Positions 1 to 11,244 of a stretch of 64,000 nt of DNA are shown here, in pieces; within the stretch, counting starts at the first letter, position 1; the number at the start of each line of letters is the position of its first letter. The DNA comes from Lepidodermella squamata (Eukaryota > Animalia > Gastrotricha). Under the pieces are notes generated by a model. That model was not told the DNA's origin and made no database searches. It saw only the letters and a list, made by a program, of their open reading frames with translations. The stretch covers positions 4,526,001 to 4,590,000 of the forward strand of contig JBLDXI010000015.1 in NCBI GenBank assembly GCA_047495785.1, given 5' to 3'. The translations under genes were made by a program, and so were the position numbers.

Positions 1-3000
1 GAATATTCAAATTTTACCGAACGATAAAAACGTCAAGGTTGAAGCGGTTAGCAATGTCACCCTGACTTCGACAACCCATTCGCAGCTAATTGCAGAGTCT
101 AACAAGCTGTATGTTCTCGCTAGAAATGCTGCTAATCTAGACTCAAAAATCGGAGGCGGAACCGATATTGTCGCAGGTTGTGTCGCCGTTTCTGATTGGT
201 TTCAGCGTGATTTGCGTTTTCTTTACTACTCAATAACCGGGCAGTGGAGTAAAGCCTTGAGCATTTCCGAGCCGAATCAAGCCGGAAAAATTGCTGACGT
301 CAGACTGAGCTCAGGCGACATTGTTGACGAAATCTGTTCAGCCGATTCAAACCAGGACTATAAGTATGAAATAATGTGGAAACTCGCTGATTGGAAACGG
401 CTGCCAAAAGCTGTTTCAAAGTTGGAATCTCTCGATCTCAAACCCGATGCGGCTTTGTACTGCGCTCTTTCGACAATCAGTGAAAACGTTGAAAATCCGC
501 TTCGAATTTCTGGGGCCGAGGATTTAGCTAAATTTTTTATCGCATCTTCTAACAATAAAGTTTTATCCGTTCTTTGCGATGGTCTGGATCGTTGCGAATT
601 CGACCAGTCGCTGGCATCGAAACTGGCAGTTTTAAGCCGGTTAAATTCAGTTGTTGATAAATGGCCTGATTTTGGAAACACTGGTGCTGTTTTCTCCGCA
701 ACAACGCGGCAATGTGAAGATGTCGATTTTCTGATGGCTGCTGTTTCGGTCATTCGCACGAAGATGGAAACTGCCCCGACTGCTGCGGTTAGTGAAGCTG
801 CTCAAGCTGTTGCTTCTTTGTGCAGCCAACTTGTCTGCGATGGGAAGCCCATGCTTGCCGCTAAGATTTTACGCCGGCATCTACCTCAGGCTCTAACAAG
901 CAGCCTCGAATTCAGCCGTCTTACGCGTCTCACCGACGCCCAGGCAGCCTGGGCCATCGGCGAAACAAGACAGGCTATCAATATGCTCGGCGGTCTGTTG
1001 AATGAAATACGAAACGCGAAGCCATCGAACCCGTTTTTGCAGTCGAATGCTTCAAAGTTGTTTGCTAAGTGGAATATGGATGCGAATCTCGCTATGTCTG
1101 GTCAACAAGACGCTATCGATACTTTGCGGTCGTTACTAGCATCTAGCGCTACCTCTCAAATGTCGAAATCTGACTTTGTTGAAATGTACATGGCCATGGC
1201 GTGCTATTGCGAGGTTAGTTTTTCTTTGATCGAAATTAATTTAATTCAATTTAAAATTTCACAGCATCGATATCGCCAACTTGACGGATATACGAAGTCT
1301 CAATCCTTCGCGAGCAAAGTTTGCCTGACTGAGCAGGCGCTGACTGAAGTTGGCGAAATAAAGGAAAACATGAATAAGCAAACCGCTCAACCTCAAGCTA
1401 GTCGATATGTCCACTGGCTGGAGCAATTTTCGAAGCTAGACGGTCTCGAGCGCAGTTTTGTATTCAACCAACGGGATCATTTCCTCATTGAAGCTCTGAG
1501 CTGCTTCCTCCAAGTAATGCGGTTTTCAACGACGATCGACGACATTGTCGCTTATCGCGTTGTTGGCCTATGGATGAGCAACGATGATAAGAACGAAGTC
1601 ATCGACCTTGTATCAAAGCGATTGACTCTTGTGCCAACGGCGAAATTTGTGCCTTTGTTTTATCAAATAGCGGCGCGTTACTGCGCCTTGCCGGTTCATA
1701 CAAAACCTGCGTCAAAGCAGTGTTTGCACGATTTGATAGTCAGGACTACGTTGGAACATCCGTACCACACTCTGCCGGTTTTACTTCAACTTTCTTCGAA
1801 TGCGGATAGTGCGAACGAGGCGCAGTCGGCTCAAACGGCTAGAGGAGCCAAGCGACCTAGGTTAGGCCAACCACAAACTCCCCTATCGATTTCGCCGCCA
1901 CCTGGTGATAATATGGCTGTTAGGCTGTTAAGTGAACTGAAGCTGAATAACCCGAAAATGGCTGGTTTAATCGACGCTTACACCCGTTTACGCGACGCCT
2001 ATGTTGAATTCGCAGGTTTTGACGTTGGAAACAAGAGCAACGGTGAATATGCAATACCAGAGCGGTTCTTCAAGAAGAATCACCTGCAACCACCTTTACC
2101 GATTCTGACGCGACCACCTGTACTCCAATTCAAACCAACCCCAGAGAGTTATGAGAAACACCCGTCTTTCGTGACGCTTCTCTCAATCGATCGATCGCTT
2201 CGTTTGCTTGGGGGTATAAATGTCCCGAAATTGATAAAATGTCGCGCTTCGGATGGTCGTCTCTACCAACAACTTGTCAAGGGTGCGAATGACGATTTGC
2301 GTCAAGACGCTGTGATGCAGCAGGTTTTTAATGTGGTTAACGCCCTGTTCTCACTATCTACCACTTCAAATGACCGCCCATTCCACATGCGAACCTATCC
2401 CATTGTGCCACTATGCCCAGCTGCCGGAATTATTGGTTTTTGCGATTCGACAATATCACTCGGAAACTATTTAGTCGGGCGAGTCGAAGAAGGCCTGAAG
2501 GCTGTTTCGGCTCATAACTATTACAGACCAGGTGACTGGCCTGCATCTGAGTGCCGCCAGCTGATCAACAAGGTTCGAGCTGCAACAACTGATCAACGTG
2601 TTGCTGCCTTCCAGCAAATCTACGCGATGTTCAAACCAGTTTTCCGGTTTTATTTCATTGAAAATTTCGCGGACCCCGTTGAATTCTGCCGACATCGCCG
2701 AACTTACGCTGTTTCTCTCGCTGTTTCTTCAATGGTTGGTTACATTGTTGGGCTGGGCGATCGCCATTTGCATAATATTTTGCTCGATTTGCAAACCTCG
2801 GAGTTGATTCACATCGATTTGGGTGTTGCTTTTGAGCAAGGGAGAACTCTTAGTATTCCCGAAACAGTTCCGTTTCGCTTGACTCGGGACCTCGTAGATG
2901 GATGTGGTCCGACCGGGGTGGAAGGAATGTTTCGAAAATCAGCCGAAGCTTCTCTGTCGATTTTACAGAAAAATCGCGATGCGATTATGACAGTCCTCGA

Positions 3001-3343
3001 AGTTTTCACGTATGATCCGCTGCATATTTGGACTCTTAATCCGTTGAAAGCGTCTCGACTTCAGCAAAACCAAGGCGCACCGTTCGGTGTTGTGAATAAC
3101 CGAAATATTGCCCCTTCACCTATGATCAAGCAATCATCCGGGTTTCCGGGCGTTGATGCTAGATTTGGCGATAACCAAATGGCTAGCAGGGTGCTACTTC
3201 AAGTTGATCAAAAGCTGTCCGGGGAAGTTGCGGAGCGGGGTTTGAAGCTAAGCGTCCCTGAACAGGTTGAATGGCTCATTCAAGCGGCGACCAGTGTCAC
3301 CAATCTGGCTTTAGTCTACTGTGGCTGGCAAGCTTACGCCTAA
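1..3343 (+). CDS. ATM: ATM serine/threonine kinase (PIKK family), 5'-truncated by the window edge
   Basis: Frame is open from base 2. PI3K-like kinase motifs GGINVPKLIKC, QLVKGANDDLRQDAVMQQVF, GLGDRHLHNILLD, HIDLGVAFEQG, PETVPFRLTRD; FATC-like end NLALVYCGWQAYA. Probable in-frame 51-nt intron 1214-1264. Confidence 0.93.
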   Translation, partial: NIQILPNDKNVKVEAVSNVTLTSTTHSQLIAESNKLYVLARNAANLDSKIGGGTDIVAGCVAVSDWFQRDLRFLYYSITGQWSKALSISEPNQAGKIADVRLSSGDIVDEICSADSNQDYKYEIMWKLADWKRLPKAVSKLESLDLKPDAALYCALSTISENVENPLRISGAEDLAKFFIASSNNKVLSVLCDGLDRCEFDQSLASKLAVLSRLNSVVDKWPDFGNTGAVFSATTRQCEDVDFLMAAVSVIRTKMETAPTAAVSEAAQAVASLCSQLVCDGKPMLAAKILRRHLPQALTSSLEFSRLTRLTDAQAAWAIGETRQAINMLGGLLNEIRNAKPSNPFLQSNASKLFAKWNMDANLAMSGQQDAIDTLRSLLASSATSQMSKSDFVEMYMAMACYCEVSFSLIEINLIQFKISQHRYRQLDGYTKSQSFASKVCLTEQALTEVGEIKENMNKQTAQPQASRYVHWLEQFSKLDGLERSFVFNQRDHFLIEALSCFLQVMRFSTTIDDIVAYRVVGLWMSNDDKNEVIDLVSKRLTLVPTAKFVPLFYQIAARYCALPVHTKPASKQCLHDLIVRTTLEHPYHTLPVLLQLSSNADSANEAQSAQTARGAKRPRLGQPQTPLSISPPPGDNMAVRLLSELKLNNPKMAGLIDAYTRLRDAYVEFAGFDVGNKSNGEYAIPERFFKKNHLQPPLPILTRPPVLQFKPTPESYEKHPSFVTLLSIDRSLRLLGGINVPKLIKCRASDGRLYQQLVKGANDDLRQDAVMQQVFNVVNALFSLSTTSNDRPFHMRTYPIVPLCPAAGIIGFCDSTISLGNYLVGRVEEGLKAVSAHNYYRPGDWPASECRQLINKVRAATTDQRVAAFQQIYAMFKPVFRFYFIENFADPVEFCRHRRTYAVSLAVSSMVGYIVGLGDRHLHNILLDLQTSELIHIDLGVAFEQGRTLSIPETVPFRLTRDLVDGCGPTGVEGMFRKSAEASLSILQKNRDAIMTVLEVFTYDPLHIWTLNPLKASRLQQNQGAPFGVVNNRNIAPSPMIKQSSGFPGVDARFGDNQMASRVLLQVDQKLSGEVAERGLKLSVPEQVEWLIQAATSVTNLALVYCGWQAYA

Positions 3344-3549
3344 TAGCTGCTTCAAAATATAAAAAACGACCATATTAATGACATGAATCTGAAAAATTAA
3401 TTGTTGATTTGTCTAAATTCCTAGTACTGCTCACTTCTGAATCAATCCATTAATTCTAGATGAACTATAAAGAATTGTTGCAATATAAAACGTGTAATAT
3501 TGTTACATTTTGAATTACATTTTAGGGTAGTGTTTTACGAAAAAATACC

Positions 3550-5256
3550 ATGTCTCAGAACTATATTTTGGCGGTCGATGTTGGTACTACTTGCGCAAAG
3601 GCGGCGGTTTACGATGGAACTTTGAATGTTATCGCGAGATCGAGCAAACGGGTAAGTTGTCCTTGCAACTAGAAACTAGCCATTGATATTCTGTTCTTGT
3701 TAGATTCCGGAATTTATTCCTGATGAAGCGGGTTCCAGCGAGATAAAGCCAGAAGATATGTGGGACGCAACGGTCGCAGTTATTAAGGAGGCTTTAGCGA
3801 GTAAATTTGATGAAACCTACGATATTTATCATTGCTGAAATTATTTCAGATTCTGGGAAACAGGCAAGCGATATCAAATCTCTTGGCCTAAGCGTTCAGC
3901 GTAACTCTTTCATCACTTGGGATAGGTACTTTTAAAATTTCGCCCTTGAATCTATTGATATTAAGATCATTTTCTTTTTTAGCCAGACTGGGAAACCTTT
4001 CCATAATTTTATTACCTGGAAGGACAAGCGTTCGCAGGGCGTATGCGACGAATGGAACGCTTCTAGCGCAGTGGCTGATTTCAGAGCTGCAACCGGCATT
4101 AACCTGGTATTTTTCCCGGCATACGTCAGCATGCGGTTGCTATGGGCCCTTCGAAATGTCGAGGCGCTGAAAGCAGCTGTTGCGAACGGAACAGCTCGTT
4201 TCGGTTGCGTTGAAACGTGGCTACTCTGGCGGTTGACGGGCGGTCGCGTTTGGACAGCTGAAGCCAGTTGCGAAGCGCTAACCGGCCTATACGATGTTGT
4301 AACATGCGACTGGCTGAAATTGATGCTTGATATGCTTGGAATTCCTATGTCGATTATGCCACCGCCTTCTAACTCGACAGGCGATTTCGGCAACACGGAT
4401 GCCGGTATCTTTGGCAGTGGCATACCAATCAAAGCTGTGGTATGTTTTTTGAATTTTCTGCTTGAGGATTCCTGATATCGTAAATGAACACAGCTTGCGG
4501 ATCAAAGTGCTGCGATGGTTGGCGAAGGGTGTTTTAAGAAGGCAGATGCTAAATTGACACTTGGCACTGGTGCGTTTATGAACGTTATTGTCGACAAGCC
4601 TTTTCTTCAAACTATCCTCGCTTTTCCAACGATCGCCTACAAAAGCGACTCGGAAACTGTTTACGCTGCTGAGGTTTACTTGCCTCAGGCATCCTACATA
4701 GGCAATATAGTTGACACGTTGGTGCAAGATGGCTACATTCATGATTTGACAAAACTCGACAAGGTTGCCTTGTCGGTTGCGGACACGGCAGGTGTTGTCT
4801 TCCATCCTAATCCGGGCGATGGTTCGGTCGGACACCGCATAGAAGGTCGCAATTCTGATACGAAACCGGAACATGTGGTGCGAGCTGCTTTGCTGTCGAT
4901 TGCTGGTATTATTAGAGCATTGGGTGAAAGGCTCGAAATTGAAGCGCCACATGTATCAGTTGTTGGTCAAAGCGACAAGGTTTAATCCCATCATTCCTGA
5001 TGGCTTGTTACTTTTTTCTGTAAATTAGGAAGGGAACCGGCTGCCTCCTATTCGCATCGACGGTGGAGTAGCAAAATCGAATTTCGTTTGTCAGGCGGTT
5101 GCGGATGCTCTCGGTCGTGACGCTGAGCGCCACAATGACGTTGAGGCGTCACTTCGAGGCGTGGCTATGCTAGCTGGTCACGCATCTGGCATTATTCCAT
5201 CACTTTCAAGTGTTTTATCGGCTACAAATTTCAATTCCTTCCATGCACAGTTTTAA
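3550..5256 (+). CDS. GK5: Glycerol kinase 5-like (FGGY family), copy 1, multi-exon; 3' end uncertain (5256, or a further exon about 5354-5448)
   Basis: MSQNYILAVDVGTT at ATG 3550; SVQRNSFITWD, HNFITWKDKR, FGCVETWLLWRLTGG, ADQSAAMVGEGC, KLTLGTGAF, IRIDGGVAKSNFVCQ across GT-AG introns (e.g. 3926-3982, 4980-5028). Confidence 0.85.
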
Positions 5257-5471
5257 AGCGGTTGTTGATTCCTTCGCCGATTCCTTTGTTTAACAAAATT
5301 ATCTTCCCATCATAATATTTTAAACCGATGTTATATTTTCGTAATATTTTCAGCTTGCTGTCTGCTTGCGCTGCGACGAGCGATCATTTTCGAGATTATT
5401 TTTACCCGATTTCGACCTATGACGTCTATTTCATTTTTTATGTTATAGAGTGTTAATTGAACGGCTTTAAA

Positions 5472-7472
5472 ATGGCGGAAGAAAGCGAGAGATTTGTGTT
5501 AGCGGTCGATGTTGGCACCACTTGTGTTAAAGCTGTAATTTTCGATGAAGCTCTCAATGCCATCTCCAAAGCGAGTCGAAGGGTAATTTTATAAGAAAAA
5601 TTTAGTTTAAAATGTTCATTCATATTCGAATTTTCAGATCACGGTCTACGAGCCTCAACCTGGCTGGAGTGAAATTTTACCCGATGATCTATGGAATTCG
5701 ACGATCGAAACTATTAAGGAGGCTATCGAGAGTAATTTCGCGTTACTCGAGAATTTTCGGGAAATATGTATTTCATTTCAGAATCTGGAAGACATGTTAG
5801 CGAGATTGCCTGCCTCGGTCTATGCACGCAGCGAAATTCGTTCATCACGTGGGACAGGTTGGCATCAACTTTCATTGCCTATCGAATTACCCTCACTTGC
5901 GTATTTCTCACTTGCGTATCTAAGCTAAACCGAAACTTCAAACCTATCCCTACCCCTAAACCTACCCTAACCCTAACCCTAACCCTGACCATAACCCTAA
6001 CCCTAACCCTAACCCTAACCCTAACCCTAAAAAAGATACGCAAGTGAAAAATACGCAAGTGTGGTACAACCTGCCTATCAAATCAGCTTCTAATATATTT
6101 CCAGTAAAACCGGGCAGCATTTGCACAATTTTATCACCTGGAAGGACAAGCGATGTCAGCACTTGTGTGAGCAGTGGAACACGTCGAAAACAATAAAAGG
6201 CTTCAAAACGATTGCTCGCGGTCTTTCGTTCATCACCGGCGGCGCGCCGTTGTGGAAATCGGCCACTCGCTTCCAGTTTTTCCCTGCTCACACGTCGATG
6301 CGGCTGCTTTGGGCTTTGCACAACATCGACTCGTTGAGGGAAGCTGTTGCCGAGGGCCGAGCTCGGTACGGCAGTGTCGAGACTTATCTGATTTGGCGTT
6401 TAACGGGCGGTAAAACGTGGGCGACCGAAACCACCTGCTCAGCAACTAGCGGTATGCTCGACTCGTTTTCAAGTCTTAACTGGAACAAGAGCCTTCTCAC
6501 CGTGCTGCGTATTCCTACCGCTATTCTACCCCCGGTCTATGATTCGGTTTTTGCTGATTACGGGAAAACTGAGGAAAACATTTTTGGCACCTCTATTCCC
6601 ATTACCGCCGTGGTAAGATTTTCCGCCTTGAAAATGTATAATTTTTCACATCGAATTTTAATATAAATAGCTGGCCGATCAAAGCGCTTCTTTGGTTGGC
6701 GAATGTTGCTACACAACTTCTGCCGCCAAGCTGACGCTAGGTACTGGAGGATTTCTCAACGTGATCACGGGCAACAACAAGCCAATAGCCGCTACTCCTT
6801 TCGTCTTCCCGACGATCGCATTCAAGCAATCGTCCGACGCTATTTTCGCTGCTGAGGTCTACATACCCCAGGCTTCCTATGTCGGCAACGTTGTCGACTC
6901 GCTGGTGCAAGACGGCTACATATCAGATCTTTCCAAGCTGGACGAGATGGCGAACTCTGTTCCAGACACTGCTGGCGTTGTTTTTATTCCTAATCAAGGC
7001 GATGGCAAAGTTGGCCACCGCATCGAAGGCCGAACTGCTGAAACTAAACCGGCTCATATTGTTCGCGCTGCTCTACTTTCTCTCGCCGGAATCGCCAAGG
7101 CACTGGCCAAGCAAATGGAGATGGAAGTTCCACATATTTCCGTCATCGGGAACGTTGACAAAGTAATTTTATCAAAAATGACTGATGGTAGCAATTTTTA
7201 TTTGAATTTCAATTAAGGAGGGTGATTCTCTGCCTGCAGTTCGCATCGACGGAGGTATTGCTCGATCGGACTTTGTTTGCCAGGCCGTCGCCAATGCTCT
7301 TGAACGGAACGTTGAGCGTCTCGCTGATGTCGAAGCTTCAGTCCGCGGTATCGGGATGTTGGCCGGGTATGGCGCTGGTATCTTCCCTTCGTTTGCGAAT
7401 CTCGAATTGCTGGCGTTGGGCGGCGACGATGAGCAACATAGTAAAGTTCGAGTATTCACCCCTCAAATCTGA
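5472..7472 (+). CDS. GK5: Glycerol kinase 5-like, copy 2 (tandem paralog)
   Basis: MAEESERFVLAVDVGTT at 5472; same motifs and intron positions as copy 1; ends VRVFTPQI-TGA at 7470-7472. Intron 5858-6104 is enlarged by an insertion. Confidence 0.87.
5888..6071. mobile_element. Non-autonomous MITE/HINE-like insertion with 28-bp subterminal inverted repeats and a telomeric-repeat core
   Basis: 5894-5921 CACTTGCGTATTTCTCACTTGCGTATCT is the reverse complement of 6034-6061 at 27/28. Flanked by the direct repeat TGCCTATC(G/A)AAT at 5876-5887 and 6072-6083. Confidence 0.7.
5965..6030 (-). repeat. Interstitial telomeric repeat (TTAGGG)n
   Basis: 11 CCCTAA units on + (two variants, CCCTGA and CCATAA); degenerate units continue leftward to about 5922. 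Confidence 0.95.
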
Positions 7473-8098
7473 CGCTGAAAACGAACGAGAAAGACAGCTG
7501 ATGCAAAATTAATATATTATTATGCTTTATCGAATTTGCAAGAAAAAAACGTTTAGTGACGTAGTGCATGTGTCAAGTATATTGTTCACCAAAACTTCGA
7601 TACCGGTTGTGTTTATCGAGATCATGCTGCTTGAAAGATCGTAGAATTTTTGTGTTTTTGCTTTTAAAATTATTGCTCCTCCTCGTGTTGTTGACTCTCT
7701 ATTATCTTTATAATATATATCATCATGAATGTTATCGGAACAGTTTCCATTCTCGCCTTCCATCGTATCATTTTTCCGACGCGACGTATTTTAGGGCAAC
7801 TCATTTATGACGACAGTGACGAATTATTTACTTTCGATGATGTATATTATATGCAATAGCGGTCAGTTTTACGGCTGAACTTGAACGTGTTGTGCAACGA
7901 ATACATCTGAAATAAACATGCAACAAGGGTAACATACTTGGGATGACTCATCAAAGTGTCACAGACTCGAAAATGACTTTATTCAGCGCTAAGCTATTCG
8001 ACTTTGATTCATAATCACTAAGATGATGTATACAAAATAGACTGAAATATTTCAAGGCTAATAATGGGGTTTAGGATGTTTTGGTCTTGATAGCAGTT

Positions 8099-8527
8099 TT
8101 ATCGACCTACACGCATGTCGACACCCTTGGCATTTTTCGCAAGCGCTTCAGCTAGGTGTCGGTCTCCGAAATTGACAACTGCTCTTTTCCTGTAAGAAAC
8201 ACAAAAATTAGAAAAAATCGACATTCCAAAATAGGTCGAGTACGAACATGTTATCCTGATCATCTTCGCCATCGTATTCATCCGGACTGAAATTTCCCCT
8301 GCGAAGGATGTTGCTAAGAACCAGTCGCAAGTCGCCGTCAGACCGCTTTGATTGCGTTCCGCTAAAAAATGGCACGTTTTTTATTTACCAGAGTGAACAT
8401 TTCGGTAAACTTACTAAATGCCATTTAAAAGTCTCGCAAGGTCGCGGTTTGAATCGACTGGTCGAGCTGAAGCAAAATTGCTGATCAGGGCCAGGCAGGC
8501 AATAGCGACAACAAAGTTCAGCTTCAT
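8099..8527 (-). CDS. Secreted neuropeptide precursor (3 exons) with an amidated C-terminal peptide
   Basis: Manual splicing gives signal peptide MKLNFVVAIACLALISNFASA, then RPVDSNRDLARLLNGIYGTQS-KR-SDGDLRLVLSNIL-RR-...DQDNM-KR-AVVNFGDRHLAEALAKNAKGVDMRV-GR-stop; two phase-2 GT-AG introns. Confidence 0.8.
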
Positions 8528-10000
8528 TTCAATCAAATTAAAATCTCCAAAATTTCTAACAATTTTGAAAGCGAGATTTAGGTATAATTAAAGGCTTTAT
8601 TCGGGGCGATAGAAACAGGAAATGTGATGATGAAATGATTAGCGTCCTATGCGCATGTCGAATTTCATATTTTTGTTGCCAACGGCCGATGCCAAATGAC
8701 TATCGGGAAAATTAACTTTCCAAGACGGCGATCTCTTCTCATCACCTGCAGACCATTTTTCGAGTTCTTGGGAGGGAAGCTGATCGCTGGAAAAACGACA
8801 AAACTGCAGTATTGTATTTAGTCATAGTATGCTATCTTACTCGAAATCGTTTAGATCGTACAAGTTGTCATAGCTGTCGTTTGAATCTGGAAAGTTCTGT
8901 AGATAGATCGAGTTGCTGGCAACTAATGAAATGGTTGCGACAAGTGCTAGACAAAAAATTACGGTGTATTGCATGCTTGTTCTCGGAAACAAAATTATCG
9001 CGAAATGAAAATATTCCTGGTGGGTACTGGATGGAAATATCGCTAATTACCGGCTGTTTTTATAGCAGCTGTAATTAAAAATGGGTAGCTGTGACATCGA
9101 TTTGGGTGTTCTGACTAATCCGTGGGCCGGTAAAATTAGAAAAGGTGATTTATCAATGACGGCAAGATTTTAGGTTTGCTTATATTGCCTTCCTGGAGCT
9201 TTGGCATATGCCATATTTCCAGAAATGAAGGCGTATTTTCTCGTGATAGATTGCTGCAATGCAATAAATTTTCTGTCGATCTATTGATAAGTAATGCACA
9301 GAAGTTGACGCAACGAACAATTGTTAGTCATTCATATCAGTAGAACAGTAATATTTCCATTTTACTCACAGTTAGGCCGATTTTTGTTTAATCTTTTAAT
9401 GCGGTAATTAAATCAAAAGTAAAAAATTATTATGACCCACGCTTTAAACCCCACGTTTCATTTTAAAGAGCGTAGGCCAAAAGCTGACTTTTGCTTAGTC
9501 CGAAAGTGTGACAAACCATCTGGCGCCAAGCTAACCTAATTTATGGAGCCGAACTAGGTGCACAAGGACGTAAATTTGAGCTTCATGGAATTATTCCGAT
9601 TCGGTGAGGTATCTTGTTACCAATCAAGCATATCGGCAGGTTTTTACCGATTACCCAAGTATTTTTTCTAGAATCAAGTCGTCCAATATGACTGCCATCT
9701 CCATTTGATATTTGAATAACTGGTGATTACAGTGGTATTTAAGATGAAAAATTCTCCACTTCAAACGTCAGCTACTGAGATGATTATGGGACACCTTATG
9801 CTGTGCTTAACGCCTTTATTTTGCCGTTACTCAAGCAAGCTGTTATTAGATGAAACTTTTCGATGGTGTTGCAATACTACGTACACCATCATCATTATTT
9901 TGTGTATCAATCGGTGTCTACACCGGTAAGAAACTAATACAGTAGTTTCAATCAGCGCTCTACGAAAAATTATTAGTTATTTTCGATTAATTTTTTTCTT

Positions 10001-10504
10001 TTAACGACGGCCTGGGCCATTGGCGGAGTCCAAGAATGTTCGCATCCTCGCCATTCTCACGGCATCCTCTGCGCTGCAAGCACCTCCCAAATTGACGAGA
10101 CAAACACGCTTTCTGAAAAAATATAGGAAATACTCAAAATGTATCTCATGACGTCCGTCCTTACTCTTCGTGATAGGCTTGGTTCGCCAGGCCGTTCAGG
10201 GATCGTTTCACGTTGTTGATTTGTTGTCCGTCGAGCATGCTTTGACCATTGGCCATGACTGGGCTTGCAGAGAGTCCTTCCAAGGCATTGATGGCGTCGT
10301 AAAGAGTTCGGCGGGCGTCGCTAAGGCGCTTCTGGTGGCTGGGAAAAAAATCAATTTTTTCCAAATAGTTACGGAATTAATTTCAGATATTTACATGATA
10401 TAATCTCCATAGCCGTCATCGCTATTCATTCCAGCCATCAGTTCACCCTCGGCTAAGTAAATCACCGCAGTGAAAGCCACCAAAACGAAAGTTTGGCTCA
10501 GCAT
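10001..10504 (-). CDS. Calcitonin-type neuropeptide precursor (3 exons)
   Basis: Signal peptide MLSQTFVLVAFTAVIYLAEG; last exon KR-VCLVNLGGACSAEDAVRMARMRTFLDSANGP-GRR-stop: 31-aa peptide with an N-terminal Cys pair and C-terminal Pro-amide, the calcitonin hallmarks. Confidence 0.9.
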
Positions 10505-11244
10505 GTTTTAAAATGGTTATGGAACCAGTCACCAATGAAAAGAGTATACGTAGGATGTGGTGATATCCTCAGTTCATTTTTCGCTATTTATACTGATGAA
10601 ACTTCCGTCGAGTAATTAAACTTCATAAAAAGCAGATTTCACTGCACTTGACAGGTGGGTTTATTAAATTTCACTATTCAGTATCAGAAGTCGAAACGTG
10701 AGAAAATTTCAAATTTTAGCGGTGATTTCTTCCGACCAGGTTTCACTCCCACTCAAATAAAAAATTCGTAAAATCACACCCAAGCATTGCAAATCTATTC
10801 GAGCTGGAACCAACACATTGACGAAAATTCCAGAAAAGAAAAGGAACATGAGCGGTAACGGTTTTCATCAAGAAGTTGGCTTGCTAATAAAGGTTTAAAA
10901 AGATATTATACCTTATGGCAAAAAGCGCGAACAGAGCTTGGATAATCAGCGAATAGCGAATCAAAATAAAATTGCAATTTGAAGAGAGAGCTCGAGCTGT
11001 CAGTTTCCCCTTTCACATTAGCTCGTACTTGCCAATTCAACTTGATCTCTCATCCTCCCCAAAGTGTTTTCTGATCGAAAAAAACCCGCAAAAAATCTGT
11101 CGATATCAATCATTTTATTTTTCATTGTTGAATCATAAATTATAGGAATAGGATTGAGAAATATAGGTATTTAATCGGCACAGGTATTCAAGATTGGCAC
11201 CTAATTGGTCAAATTGTGAAAGAACGCTAGTTGACTTTCATTGA

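Noticed and set aside
5965-6030. True chromosome end or mis-join at the telomeric tract
   Set aside because: GK5 exons continue in frame on both sides (WDS|KTG) and the tract is enclosed by inverted arms.
5766-6321. ORFs 5766-6047 (+, TLTLTL) and 5962-6321 (-, GLGLGL)
   Set aside because: Translations of the stop-free telomeric repeat and the GK5 antisense strand, not genes.
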